This document shows positions 35,928-47,600 of a stretch of DNA of 64,000 nucleotides, in pieces (position 1 is the stretch's first letter; each line of letters starts with the position of its first letter). The stretch is from a virus. The position numbers were made by a program, and so were the translations under genes. The notes under the pieces are model-generated. The model saw nothing but the letters and a program-made list of their open reading frames with translations. It was not told where the DNA came from and made no database searches. The stretch is taken from IMG/VR virus record IMGVR_UViG_3300045988_134537, one strand, 5' to 3'.

Positions 35928-36662
35928 ATGAAAACAAATGTTACAATGGTATCAAAAGACCGAGAATTATTTGGCGTAATAATTAAGCAGGACACTAAAA
36001 CTTCGTTTATGTCCTTAACAGACCTTCAGGAAGCCTATACGAAGAAGAGGGTTGAGATGGGGTGGAATGAAAAGAGAATAGAGAATATCCTATCTAATAA
36101 GGAGAGTGCGGAACGTGTTTACTATATCCTTGAAAAACAGGGATATAAGATAGAATCAGGATTTCCTGGTTTTATACAATCTGTTGAAAAAGAGTCACTT
36201 ATAAAAGTGATGAAAAAAATGGGAGCTTATAAGACAATGGGTAGAGGAGAGAATAGGAGAACTATGTGTAATCCATATATATGGGTGCTTGTAGCTATGG
36301 AACTAAACCCTATGTTGTATGCTGAGGTTGTTACGTGGTTAACAGATAAGCTTATCTTAAACCGAATAGAGGCAGGTGATAAATACAATGTCTTGTCAAG
36401 AGCTATATCAAGATTTCCGGATGCCGATTACTCCAAGATGGCTAAAGGCTTAAATTGGATTGTATTTAATGAGCATGAAAGCATGATAAGAAATAGGGCT
36501 ACACAGGAGCAGTTGAAAGAACTTGAAACCCTACAGTCTAATCTTGCATTCTGCATAGAGATGGGAACCATCTCTTCTTTCTCTAATTTAATGAACATGA
36601 TGAGATCTATATATGTAAAGAAATGGGGAGAAGAGGCTGTAACTTCTAAAAACGTAAAATAA
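35928..36662 (+). CDS. hypothetical protein, possible KilA-N-like DNA-binding N-terminus (track ORF begins at TTG 35895; first ATG 35928)
   Basis: Track ORF; weak resemblance only. Confidence 0.55.
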   Translation: MKTNVTMVSKDRELFGVIIKQDTKTSFMSLTDLQEAYTKKRVEMGWNEKRIENILSNKESAERVYYILEKQGYKIESGFPGFIQSVEKESLIKVMKKMGAYKTMGRGENRRTMCNPYIWVLVAMELNPMLYAEVVTWLTDKLILNRIEAGDKYNVLSRAISRFPDADYSKMAKGLNWIVFNEHESMIRNRATQEQLKELETLQSNLAFCIEMGTISSFSNLMNMMRSIYVKKWGEEAVTSKNVK

Positions 36663-36663
36663 T

Positions 36664-36951
36664 ATGGGAGTAAAAGAAATAAGAGAACTACTTAGACTCT
36701 ACAATCTCGAACATAGTGTCGTCCAGAACAAAAACTCTGGGCGGTATTCTATTATTCTCCATAACAACATCATAGGAACGAACGTAGATGGAGAGAAGGT
36801 AGTTGTGTTCAGAACCATTCCGGATGGAAGCAATACGTTCTCTATGGAGCGAAATAGATTCTATGAGGGGTTTGTAGAGGCTTTTGATGACGATAAGGCG
36901 ATTGAAGCCGTAAGACAGTATTTTGAGAAAAACAGAAATGATAGGGTATAA
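36664..36951 (+). CDS. hypothetical protein (95 aa)
   Basis: Track ORF. Confidence 0.5.
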   Translation: MGVKEIRELLRLYNLEHSVVQNKNSGRYSIILHNNIIGTNVDGEKVVVFRTIPDGSNTFSMERNRFYEGFVEAFDDDKAIEAVRQYFEKNRNDRV

Positions 36952-37003
36952 GACGAAGATGGATTATATTACTATCGAAATGAGGTAAAACAACGATAAA
37001 GCA

Positions 37004-37561
37004 ATGGAAAAGATGGATGATAATACTAAAAATATCCTTTATCCAAAAGGATCTATTTTTCGCATATTAAAAGATGATATAATCAGTGCCGAATTTAAAA
37101 TCGTCAAAGGAGCTATAGCGGAGGCAGTATCAGACATAGAAGTAAATGATAAATATGCTGAGGTTTGTTGCAATGGGGAGACGTTCGTCATAGAAACGGA
37201 TATTATGGATATTATTCTTACCAAAGACCCCATAGAAAACAAATCGGTGAAAAATGACATCATTGATGATAAACTACGATGGGATTTACTTCCAATGGAA
37301 GAGATTGAGGACATTGTAAAAGTCTATCATGCTGGTGCAAAGAAGTACGGACCCAATAAATGGCAGAACCTTGACAACGGGTTTGAACGGTATCGTGCTG
37401 CGATGTTTCGACACCTAATGGAATACATGAAAGGGGAAAGAGTGGATTCTGATACAGGATGTTTTCATCTTGCACAATGTGCATGGAACTGTATAGCTAT
37501 GCTGTGGTATGACAAGCATGGAAAAGGGTTGATACCAATAAATAAGGAGGAAAAGAAATGA
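37004..37561 (+). CDS. putative dATP/dGTP pyrophosphohydrolase (MazG-like, phage dGTP_diPhyd-type N-terminal domain)
   Basis: KLRWDLLP ... AGAKKYGPNKWQN resembles the KxRxDLxP ... GAxKYG..NW signature as I recall it. Confidence 0.45.
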   Translation: MEKMDDNTKNILYPKGSIFRILKDDIISAEFKIVKGAIAEAVSDIEVNDKYAEVCCNGETFVIETDIMDIILTKDPIENKSVKNDIIDDKLRWDLLPMEEIEDIVKVYHAGAKKYGPNKWQNLDNGFERYRAAMFRHLMEYMKGERVDSDTGCFHLAQCAWNCIAMLWYDKHGKGLIPINKEEKK

Positions 37562-37869
37562 CAATAGAACAACTAAATTATTTATTAAGAAAAGAGCTTT
37601 ATGCTATAAAAAACCATAAAGACAATATTGATAGAATCAAAAAAGAATACTTTGATTCCAATTATGGGTTAAAAGAAGGAGATAAGATCCGTATTTTACA
37701 CGAAACAGGAGATGAAATGATAGGCTTCTTGAAAAAAGTTGAAGTATGTGAAGACGGAGATCTGTACTTGACAATCCAAAAACAAAACGAAAAAGGTGAC
37801 AGAGGCAGAGGAAAATGGAATATGTATCTATCATCAAAATTAATTAAAATAGAAAAATTATTAGATTAG
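37558..37869 (+). CDS. hypothetical protein (103 aa)
   Basis: Track ORF; GGAGG upstream. Confidence 0.5.
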   Translation: MTIEQLNYLLRKELYAIKNHKDNIDRIKKEYFDSNYGLKEGDKIRILHETGDEMIGFLKKVEVCEDGDLYLTIQKQNEKGDRGRGKWNMYLSSKLIKIEKLLD

Positions 37870-37876
37870 CAACGAT

Positions 37877-38407
37877 ATGATTAGAGCAAGATTTTACATT
37901 AAAAAATCCGACTGCGACAACGACTACCGTCCAGTCAAATGGCCTATAAAATATCCATATTGGTGTAGTGCAGAATCCGATAATTCATTTGTATTGGTAG
38001 CATATGCTGAAGATGAAGACAGCATAAAAGAATTGTGGCCGGAGGCGTATGATATTAATGTCTTAGAGAAAGATACCGAAATTAGATTCACATTAAGATT
38101 TCCTAAGCCGGAATGGTATGAATTGTACGAAAAGGAATTAGAAAAATATAATAGATTCATATGGATTACAGATGCGTGCATGAGAGACGGTATAATAAGA
38201 AAAGTAAAAGCTAAGATAGAAGAGTATGATGGTCTTTTGTTAGCCGACATTCCTGATAGGTTTACTCCTTATGAAATAGGAAGGGATGCTTTTGAGAGCA
38301 AAGAAGAAGCTTTAAAACATGCAGAGAAACGGAGAACGTACCTGATCGAGTCTACTAAGAAACAATTGAATGAACTTGAAAATCTAAAATTTAAATGCGA
38401 TGATTAA
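37877..38407 (+). CDS. hypothetical protein (176 aa)
   Basis: Track ORF. Confidence 0.55.
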   Translation: MIRARFYIKKSDCDNDYRPVKWPIKYPYWCSAESDNSFVLVAYAEDEDSIKELWPEAYDINVLEKDTEIRFTLRFPKPEWYELYEKELEKYNRFIWITDACMRDGIIRKVKAKIEEYDGLLLADIPDRFTPYEIGRDAFESKEEALKHAEKRRTYLIESTKKQLNELENLKFKCDD

Positions 38408-39113
38408 CTACGCGGCAAAAGCCAGAAAAGCTTATTTGATAAACAATTTCGATAAGATTCTTAACAGTCTCAACACGCTTCATTCAACGGTTGAAACCAT
38501 GACGTTGTTCGTAAACGACCAGGCTTATAATTACATTCTTAAGCTAAAGGAAGTAATTAAAACCAGTCCTATGTATAAGCACAATATCAAGCGTCTTTTA
38601 AATGATATGGACAAAGAGATAAAGAGGTACAATGCTTCTATCTACTACATAAATAAAGAGCGTAGTGAGGTTATAGCTGATATAACACAAGCGATGGAAG
38701 ATTGCCTCATGCCATACATAGACGACCTGGCCGGCGCTATAAGGGCAGCCGTGTGGTCGAAGGGTGTGTCCGAGGAGTGGACGGAAGCGGCGGTACTGTC
38801 CCTAATCGTATCCTCCTTGGCCACGACATCAGGCAGACTTATTTCAGGTGGATATCAGATCATGAAAGAAATGGGTGGGGGTCAAGGTGGTAATCCATTT
38901 ACGTTTATGAGCATTGATAAGATAAGACACTTATCTACATCATTATCTGATGCTATTACCGGTGGAGAAATAGCTCTTGAAGAAAAAGAAGCCAATGACA
39001 TAACTAAGGCAATGGATATTTTTATTGAGAAAATGTCTGATTCGGATATTGTTGATAAGGTAATTAGCATACTCGAAGAGGCTGAATCTAAAAATAAGGA
39101 GGAGCGATCGTGA
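38400..39113 (+). CDS. hypothetical protein (237 aa)
   Basis: Track ORF. Confidence 0.55.
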   Translation: MINYAAKARKAYLINNFDKILNSLNTLHSTVETMTLFVNDQAYNYILKLKEVIKTSPMYKHNIKRLLNDMDKEIKRYNASIYYINKERSEVIADITQAMEDCLMPYIDDLAGAIRAAVWSKGVSEEWTEAAVLSLIVSSLATTSGRLISGGYQIMKEMGGGQGGNPFTFMSIDKIRHLSTSLSDAITGGEIALEEKEANDITKAMDIFIEKMSDSDIVDKVISILEEAESKNKEERS

Positions 39114-39301
39114 ATTATTTGGATGGGTATGTAGAAGAAGTTCTTTCTGAGCCGTACTATGATGATTATGGCTCTGGGGTTTTTAGGTGGTGGGTGAAAG
39201 TGTCTTACGTTTGTGAAGGCATAGGAGCTGTCACTACCTTAATGTTTGATACGAGAGAAGAAGCAGAGGCAGTAAAAATAGGTTATAAATTTTTATGTTG
39301 A
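39110..39301 (+). CDS. hypothetical protein (63 aa)
   Basis: Track ORF. Confidence 0.4.
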   Translation: MNYLDGYVEEVLSEPYYDDYGSGVFRWWVKVSYVCEGIGAVTTLMFDTREEAEAVKIGYKFLC

Positions 39302-39308
39302 AAATAAT

Positions 39309-39545
39309 ATGAGGTATTTTGTTTTATTGATGGCACTTGTGTTATCATCATGTTCGCATGATGATAGTCAGGTTAATAACGGATGGGTTATATATGATTT
39401 ACGTCCTTTACAGGGTGGACGTGTGATGTATTATGCTGAAGACGAAAGAATTTCAATATTTAAACATAATAGAATCATAAAATTCGTTAGATACCAAGGG
39501 GAATACAATATCGGAGATTCTATTAAGATCGTGAAAGTAAAATAA
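39309..39545 (+). CDS. small lipoprotein (signal peptide MRYFVLLMALVLSSC with lipobox-like LSSC)
   Basis: N-terminal hydrophobic signal + Cys at about +17. Confidence 0.5.
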   Translation: MRYFVLLMALVLSSCSHDDSQVNNGWVIYDLRPLQGGRVMYYAEDERISIFKHNRIIKFVRYQGEYNIGDSIKIVKVK

Positions 39546-39546
39546 T

Positions 39547-40035
39547 ATGGAAAATAATTTAAAACTCGTATGCCCAAAATGTGGCACCCCTCACCAGCCT
39601 CATTCTCCGCACACGATGGATGCAGATGGATTTGAAAGGTGTGAGATAAGAACTGTCATGGAAGACAGGGGGTGGTGCTACGAATGCTCTTTTTGGCAAA
39701 ATATGTACGACAAGCACAAAGACGATCCAGGATGGGTTAGGATAGACGGTGAAAGCTGGGTGCTTAAGCCTATGGTGGAAAACGTACCGAGCGGATGGAA
39801 CAGCCTTGGATGTGGTGGAAGAAAGATGTATATCAATATCGAAGGGAAAGGCATTGTTGTATCAAATAACTGCTGGTGCCAAGGTGATGTTTCGGACGCA
39901 TTCAAGGATCTTATGCCTGATAATGCTACTTGGGCTACGAAGGAGGAATTTGACAAAGCTCCTGTAGTAGGATATATTGTAGAAGGTATTGGTTTAGTTT
40001 TCACAGATAGGGAAGGTCATGAAGTTAATGCTTAG
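39547..40035 (+). CDS. hypothetical Cys-rich zinc-ribbon protein (162 aa)
   Basis: Track ORF; CPKCG, CYEC. Confidence 0.55.
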   Translation: MENNLKLVCPKCGTPHQPHSPHTMDADGFERCEIRTVMEDRGWCYECSFWQNMYDKHKDDPGWVRIDGESWVLKPMVENVPSGWNSLGCGGRKMYINIEGKGIVVSNNCWCQGDVSDAFKDLMPDNATWATKEEFDKAPVVGYIVEGIGLVFTDREGHEVNA

Positions 40036-40278
40036 AAACTTGTTTCATATTCCTCTTAGAATAGTTGAAAGGAAATTAACTAATGGGGAAGTAGAATATT
40101 GATGCCAATATCAAAACATTTTTGGGAAATGGAAAAACAGGATAAAATACGATATGTTTGGCATGTCGTGTTATGCTGTTTTTTATTCATTCGAAGATGC
40201 GTATGAATTTAATTATGGTAAGAACAAAGAAGAAAAGGTAAAGGTAGTGGATTCTTGTTACAAGAAAAGATGGTAACT

Positions 40279-40324
40279 ACAATAATCCCCGGCCATACAA
40301 TAGGTGTACGGTTGGGGATTATTG
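40279..40324. terminator. Bidirectional terminator candidate at the strand-switch: perfect 12-bp inverted repeat ACAATAATCCCC / GGGGATTATTGT around a 22-nt loop
   Basis: Direct reading; lies between the convergent + and − gene blocks. Confidence 0.5.
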
Positions 40325-40390
40325 TAATATATGATTAATAACCGTCTTATCTTATACTAATACATTTTAGTACTATTTTTATATCTTTTA

Positions 40391-40840
40391 TTATAATTCT
40401 ACATAGGTGTCAATAGGAACAAAGCTGCCAATTGTACTTATCTTATATATTGAATGAATAAGGTGAGTACTTGGACTTAATTTCAGTTGAGGTACTTGAT
40501 TGGATCCTTCTGTAATAAAGAAATAATAAAAAACGTCTCCAATCGTAAACTGTAACATAATATCACCTGTTACCTGTCCTTCATTAAAGTAAGCCTGGAT
40601 ATATTGTTCAAAATTTGATATCGTACAACTTATAGGATTACCGCCCATCGTACATACCTTGCTATTATTAATTTCATCTAAAACATAGGAAGCCGCCATA
40701 GTTGCTCCATTAGATCGGTATCTACAACCAAGAATAGGTACAGGATTTCGCCATGTGGTTGTAGGGGCCGAAATCGAACAAGCAAAAACAGGGATCTTGC
40801 CGCCAGCAACTGTATTAATATTTTCAAATCTTCTTCTCAT
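40391..40840 (-). CDS. hypothetical protein (149 aa), translationally coupled to the upstream gene (4-nt gap)
   Basis: Track ORF. Confidence 0.55.
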   Translation of the reverse strand: MRRRFENINTVAGGKIPVFACSISAPTTTWRNPVPILGCRYRSNGATMAASYVLDEINNSKVCTMGGNPISCTISNFEQYIQAYFNEGQVTGDIMLQFTIGDVFYYFFITEGSNQVPQLKLSPSTHLIHSIYKISTIGSFVPIDTYVEL

Positions 40841-40844
40841 AATT

Positions 40845-41300
40845 TTATAAAATTAATTCAGTAAAAGGACGGACATAATGTGAACTACCCCTTGAACCTG
40901 TATCCAAATGATCTCCTTGGATGTTTATATCATAATACCACGAATAGGAAAATTTTTCATTTCGAGTGGATGTCCACATTCTATTACTCATTATCGTACC
41001 TCCTACCATTAAAAGGCATTCGTTTATTTCATTAGCATACAATGATATCAAAAAAAACTCTCCGGCGCCACCTACATATCCATTTTGACCATTTTTAAAT
41101 AAATAGCTATTAGCTTTATTAAAAGCGTAATCTGTATTACTGGTATCATATTCAAGATACGCATTCTGATTTTCACGCCCCCAATAATCCTTTTTAATAG
41201 TTCCCATATGAGAACTATCTTGTGCAAATATATTGTCTATTTCTCCATCCTTACCCCAACGAAATGTGCCAATATATTCGGTGGCTATAACAAAACACAC
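40845..41300 (-). CDS. hypothetical protein; no in-frame ATG (track starts at GTG); frame stays open upstream to about 41513
   Basis: Track ORF; hand-translation of the upstream extension shows 71 more sense codons without ATG. Confidence 0.45.
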   Translation of the reverse strand: MCFVIATEYIGTFRWGKDGEIDNIFAQDSSHMGTIKKDYWGRENQNAYLEYDTSNTDYAFNKANSYLFKNGQNGYVGGAGEFFLISLYANEINECLLMVGGTIMSNRMWTSTRNEKFSYSWYYDINIQGDHLDTGSRGSSHYVRPFTELIL

Positions 41301-41674
41301 TTTATCTACAAGAGCTATTCCATTGCATAGATCATTGGAATATCCTTTATTAGACCAATTTTCTTTTGTATATAATCCTCCATCTACATGTTGGATGTAT
41401 ATGCCTTTATTGATTATAAGCGAGGGATTTACCCCATCCCTATTTGAAATCTTCGTCTCATGATTTTTGTTTGCAAGATAGCAATAATTGACAACATAAA
41501 AGAAACCGGTTCCCTATCATCTCTGACTGAGAACCGGTAAGAAAACAATTTCAGAAAAAATTAAACCTACATAATCTTTCAAGTAAGAACAAAAAACGTA
41601 CAATCTACTCTTTGACGATGCTAATATAACATATTGGAATCATACAAAAACAATGCAAGTCCGATATTCTTCGT

Positions 41675-44600
41675 CTACTTGTAGCTAACATCATCGTCCC
41701 CTTCCGAATCAGGAGTAGCGCCGATGAAGAACATCATTGACTTGTTGTTCGTCTGCTGCCACCAATTATAGGCGCGCGCTACGTCTTCCGGCGTCTTGAT
41801 ATTATACCATTGTTTGATAAACGTCTGTTTGGCGAGTTGCCTAAATAACTTAGACTCTCCCTTGTATGTACCGGATGTTACTTTATCAAGTGAATAATTC
41901 CTAAGATCGGTAAGATCCTTCAGTTTTCGCCCCATAACAAACGGATCGTTAATGATATCTACCACGTTAAGCTCCATAATAAACGGCATCTGTGAAGCTA
42001 TTTCGTTTATGGTTCTGAATCCGACATAGGATCCAAATTGAGTAAGCCAACTTTCTTCGTTTTCATCATCATCACGCCATCCGGCAAGAAGCATAGATAC
42101 GGCCTGCATGATAAGGAACGTGCCGGCATAGACACTGAGACGTTTGAGATTGGTTTTTTCTACCTCATTCATATTGTCTTTATTTTCATTCCAGGCATCT
42201 ATGATGTTTTTCATACCAGACTCGGAAGCCAGGCTAAATGTTTTGGCTATCATATTCTTTAACGTAATTGACAGTCCTTCCTCTTCTTGCATTGTCTGGA
42301 AATTGAAGCCACGTCTTTTCCACAGACGTTGAGCCGCCAGCACCAACCATCCTCGGTGGGCGGTCATGAACCTGGCTATCCAGTTGCGCGATGCGGCAGT
42401 TCGGTTTTCTTCATTCAAAGATCCGTTACATATCTGCGACAAGCTACGAACTTGATTTCTGGTTATAGCCATCTGGGTTTCAACTTCCTCAACAGTAACA
42501 CCCGATCCGGGCTTTACAACCACCTTCCCATCCACGACATCTACCATACTCCATAAAGTACGATCTTTTAATGCATTCCATTCTCTTTTTATGGTACTCT
42601 GTTCTTTACCACGTTCTTTTTCCATCTTGAAATCCTGGAACGTGTAGAACCGGCCTTTATAGTATCGCACGTTATCCATAGTGGCAATCATAACCTGCGG
42701 ATCAAGAGGGTAGTTCAGGATTTCCATAAAAGCATACATCGGTGAACGCATTAAGGTCCTGGCCACTCTATTGTATCCGGCACCATACATTCTGTTTCGT
42801 ATGTTGAAAATACCCATTCTCTCACCTATGACATATAATTTACTTTTTCTATCTATGTCTCCGGTTTCTGCTATACAAGATGGCGCAAGGCGTGAAAACT
42901 CAGCCGATGCGTATTTAAGGGAGTCTTTGCTTATATACTGTCCTACGGCAGATTCCATGATGAGGTTGATATGGCCGGTAAGGGCGCCGGTAGCTGCCAC
43001 AAACGGAGACAGTGCCAAGTTCATAACCGACATAAATCTTTCAACAGCCATCATAATTCTTGTAAGGTCTACCGTATATCCTCCGATGTTCACCGTAAGT
43101 TTTTTGGTGTTCATCCTAATGCCATAATAATGATCGTTGAAGAAGTCCCTGAACATCTGATATGCTTGGGTTGCTTCAGCCTTCTTACCGCCTTCAAATT
43201 GTTTATTCAGTAACATCTGCTCCAGTCCTTGGGCAAGCTCTATAGACTTCTGCTTTTCGTTATATAACGATGACTGCATCATAAGCATCGAATAAGAGTA
43301 GCCAAAATCGTGAGATACATCATCTTGGTTCTCCAACTCATATATGTAGTATTTAGGTATAGACCTAAGTCTGTCTTCCGGATCATATACTTCCCCTTGC
43401 CTGGTCTTACCATATAGAGAATCGTCTACTCTGTCCAGGCACAGATCTGATACAAAATTACGAACCGTATTTTTGAAGTTAATACCCAATCCTTCCATAC
43501 GTTCTATGTCTTGTTTTGATATCTGTGGAATAGCATACAAATTGGGACTCTGCTCTTTGTATAGATCAAGGGATTGTCTTTTTATTTCCTTGAGTTTTTG
43601 AATCATATTCCACTGCTCTACGTTTTTAGTAGCAACTTCATTACCGTCAGCATCATACTTGATACCAAAGTCATTGAAATACGATTCATCACGATACAGG
43701 CTTTTCTTAGGCATGCGATGACCATACCCATGATCTTTTACATAATCAGGATTACGGCCGCTATTTTCGGCTTCAGATTCAGCCACCCATGCCCTTGCAG
43801 GATCGAAAGACAGGTACGATATGTCCATGCCATAATCTTGGGTGGATGTACCGTTTTGTACGTCCTTAACCATCTGCGCCACATCTATCTCACCTCGACC
43901 TATTTTGTCGATCATGGCCGCATATCCGGTAGGCGCCATGCGTTTATAGTACGAAAAGACCTGGCTCCTGGCAAATTCATTAACAATAGCATTGGTCTCT
44001 TCTATGCCCTCTTCTCTTGTATTATTTAAAAACAAGCTGGCCATCTTAGCATTAACAGCATTCCTGAAATCTCTACCGTCTAATTCTTTGCTTATACCAA
44101 GCTTTTCTGACAGGTAGTTGGTTTCAGATACGGTAAACAGATATCGGTTATCAGCAGCCTTAAACAGCTTATCCCTTAAAGCCTGAATCCTTTTTGCTTT
44201 CTTCGCCGTAGTATGACGTTGTACGAACTTCCATTCCACTTCCTTGGAGTCAGCAAGAGCATTTAAATAAGACTGATTTACTTCGTTTTCGGCCTTACTG
44301 CTTTTAGTAAGGTACTTATCAATATCTTCAAGACCCACCATCTTAGCATAATCTATTAAGATAGCGTAATCAGCTTCAATAGCTTCAGATGCGGCCCTAA
44401 AAGCATCTCTTTCAGATGAGGTAAATGTCGCTTCGTTAATTTCTCCGATATCAGCCACATCTCGGTTGTTTCCGATTATTTCCTTGATAATGGCCTTATT
44501 TTTTTCTATATCTTTCACAATCGAATCCACGTCAGTCGCATCTCTATCACTTGTCGTAGAACTAATGATATCATGCGCCATTTTAAGATACGAAGCCTTG

Positions 44601-47600
44601 TTATTTGATTCGGTACGCGCCGACTGTTCCGATTCTACTTCATTCCAAAACCGATCATTGAACGACAGGTGACCTCCCAACATAAGTGTCTTCAGCGCAG
44701 CTTCTCCTCCCGACTCGCTCTGAATCGTTCTTAATTTTTGCAAAAACGATTCTGATACGGCATTGGTAACATTATTTGATTCCTTTCTCCAAACTTCATT
44801 TATAGCTTGTATTTCTTTAGCCATCTTAAGTTGGTCGCCGGTTTTTTCCACTCTCCTGGTTCCTACATATATGTATTCTGAAGCTGCTTCCTTACGTTGT
44901 TTACGAAGCAGTCCTTCTTCTTCGTAATTGCTGCTTTTAAAATAGGCAACCTCATCAAAATTACCACCGCTATCAATAAAAGGCTGCCTCAATATCCGTT
45001 TTTGCCTGGATAGAGCATTAAGGTATTCTTTGGTTGTTTGAGAAACCGGATGCCCTAATTCTTCTTCAGCCTTTTTGTATATGGATTCCATTCTTGTGGC
45101 ATAACTTTCGCTAAATTCCAGTTCCGAATTTTCAGCATCCCACTTTTCCATCTGTTCTGTATAAATCTTTTCCTGCTCGATGGTAAAAATATCGGTATTA
45201 ACTCTATCAGACGATGGTTTGAATTTAGCGTTTTCAGTAACCGTATTTCCATCCTTGTCAACTACTTCTCTTTTAAATACGTAATTACGGTTATTGTCAA
45301 CCACATCACCAATTTCTTCTTCTGATATCTCTATGTTCATGGCAGTCGCAAACGCTCGCATCTGCGCCAGCTTCTTATTACGATCGTATTTAGCCATATC
45401 AAGAGCACTACGAAGGTAATTAGAAGTTTTGCCGTCTACTTTCTGAAGCAGTTTTTCAAATTCAGATTTGTTAAAACCATGCTTTTTAGCATATGCCAGG
45501 AAGTCGGATATGGCGGGCTGGGCATTCACCATCGCATTGTAATTGTCTTTGGCAATCATAGCTCCAAGAGCGTTATTGAACGGACTGGAAGAATGCTCTA
45601 ATATACCAAACCACCTACTTATCCAAGAAACATCGTGTTGAACCTTGTCGAAAAATTCTTTTACTCTCTTTACCTTATCTGCCGGCACATGAAGTTCGTT
45701 CATTAACTTATCAAGCAACGTACTTTCATCAAGGTCTTGTACTGATTTAATATCAGACTGAATACCATTGATGTCGGCAATGACGGTATTGATCCTATTT
45801 GTATAATCTTGCTTTTCACGTTCATCAAATTCGGTACTTCTGTTACGGATATATCCTCGAAGATCGTTCATGATCGGAAGAACCTGATTGTTGATAATAT
45901 CTACGTTCTTTCGATCATTGGTATTGAAATGAAGCTTACCGTCTTTGGTATCACCATGAAGGATAGTATTTACTACGTTGCTTAAGTATCTGACCTGAGC
46001 TTCGGCTGTGGAGATCATGCTGTTCATGGCAGCCGCCATCTCATTCTTGTCTATTTCGGTCTCTACCTTATTTATCTTATCCTCTATGGTCTTAAGCTGA
46101 GCAAGGGTCATAGACGTAGTTACAGCCCTATCAGAGCTTATCTGACGCAAGTCTCTTAAGGTTTTTCTCAATGCCCGGATCTTAGACTCAAGAAACTTGT
46201 TCTTGTTCATAGAGGAAAGGGAGTATAATGTAAAGTCATTATCCTTTAACAGAGAGGTGTCAAATCCTTTATCTATGTCGGTAATAGCAAGATCACGAAT
46301 GTTTTTAATAACGTTATTCAAATCTTGTCTTTGAGTAGATAAAGCTGATTTAAGCCAGCTTACGATTCCAGAGAGAAGCTGCCGGACACGCCCCAGGAAG
46401 GAGGTGGGCTCTACAGGCGCCTGTGCTGTGCCGGTCTGCATCTCCCTGGCGAGGATCTTTCCAAGAATTTCTCTCCTAACCGCATTATCAAGTTCGGTTC
46501 CTTCATATACTTTACCGTATGTATTATAATACTGACCTGCATACTGGTTCCACTCTTCCGTACCTTCTACGTCTTGCAAAACATCCTCAACAGCATTCTG
46601 ATCTCTGTATGCCTCTACAAGGAAGTGGGATGTTTCTTCTACTAAATCAGATAAAGTAGCATCTTCACCAACTGCTATTACGTTATTGGCAATATCCGCC
46701 AATGCCTTAGCAGAAGGTTCATGCCCGTATTTGGTTTGATACTTCTCTATATAGTCGGTCATACCTATGACACTAACGCCCAGCGTTTTCAATATCTCTA
46801 CAATAGAATTTCGTTGGTCACGTTCCTGCCTGCTATAATCCGATACGATCTTAGCTTTAGTATCAGCATAAAGATCGTTGTCTTCTAATATGAATGAAAC
46901 TACAAGCGCATCAAAATGATCGTACTTGGCGTCCAATTCATTGTATCTTCCTGACTTGAGATCGTTCTTTATCTGCCCCCTGCTAACCCTTTCCGTTCCT
47001 CCGGTGGCGAGTCTCATAGTTACCTTACTGTTATCCAACGAGCTTATGGTTATCATACCTTGGTCGTTCATGGAAACATCGGAACCAAAATGATTACGGA
47101 GCTCGGTGTATGATAAGGCTGAATTGAAAAGTCTAATTTGTCCTGTATGACCTTCTCCTGTAAGATAATAGCTTCTTGTTTCAGGATCGAATATCTTAGA
47201 TCCTGACAAAAGACCTTTCTTTATAAGGTAGTTAATTATACCACCTTTTGTTGATAAAGAAGTAGAAGCAGAAGCGGTCATGACCGGTATAAAAGATTTG
47301 GGGTTGTTAAGAACATACTTTCCAGCTTTGTAAGTAATGTCTGCCACGCCATCCACGGCAGATTCTTGAACGGTGCCTGATAAGAACCCTATTCTAATAT
47401 CATTCCCGCCAGAGCGAAGAGCTTCTCCGTAATCTTCAAATAATTGGCTACGATCGTTCATGAAAAACAAACGAGGCTCTCCGGTCTGATACGTTACACC
47501 CACAGGATTAGAATCTGTTTCTGGTAGCTCTTCTGGGCTAAATATCTTAAGACCGTCTTTTATAACCATATAATTAACACCCTTATCCTGTACCATAGAT

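Noticed and set aside
42038-45261. Multiple + strand ORFs (62-151 aa) inside the 2140-aa gene, and similar antisense ORFs inside the 759-aa and 1245-aa genes (57712..58527, 61059..63527)
   Set aside because: Shadow ORFs antisense to long, clearly coding genes, with low-complexity or odd composition.
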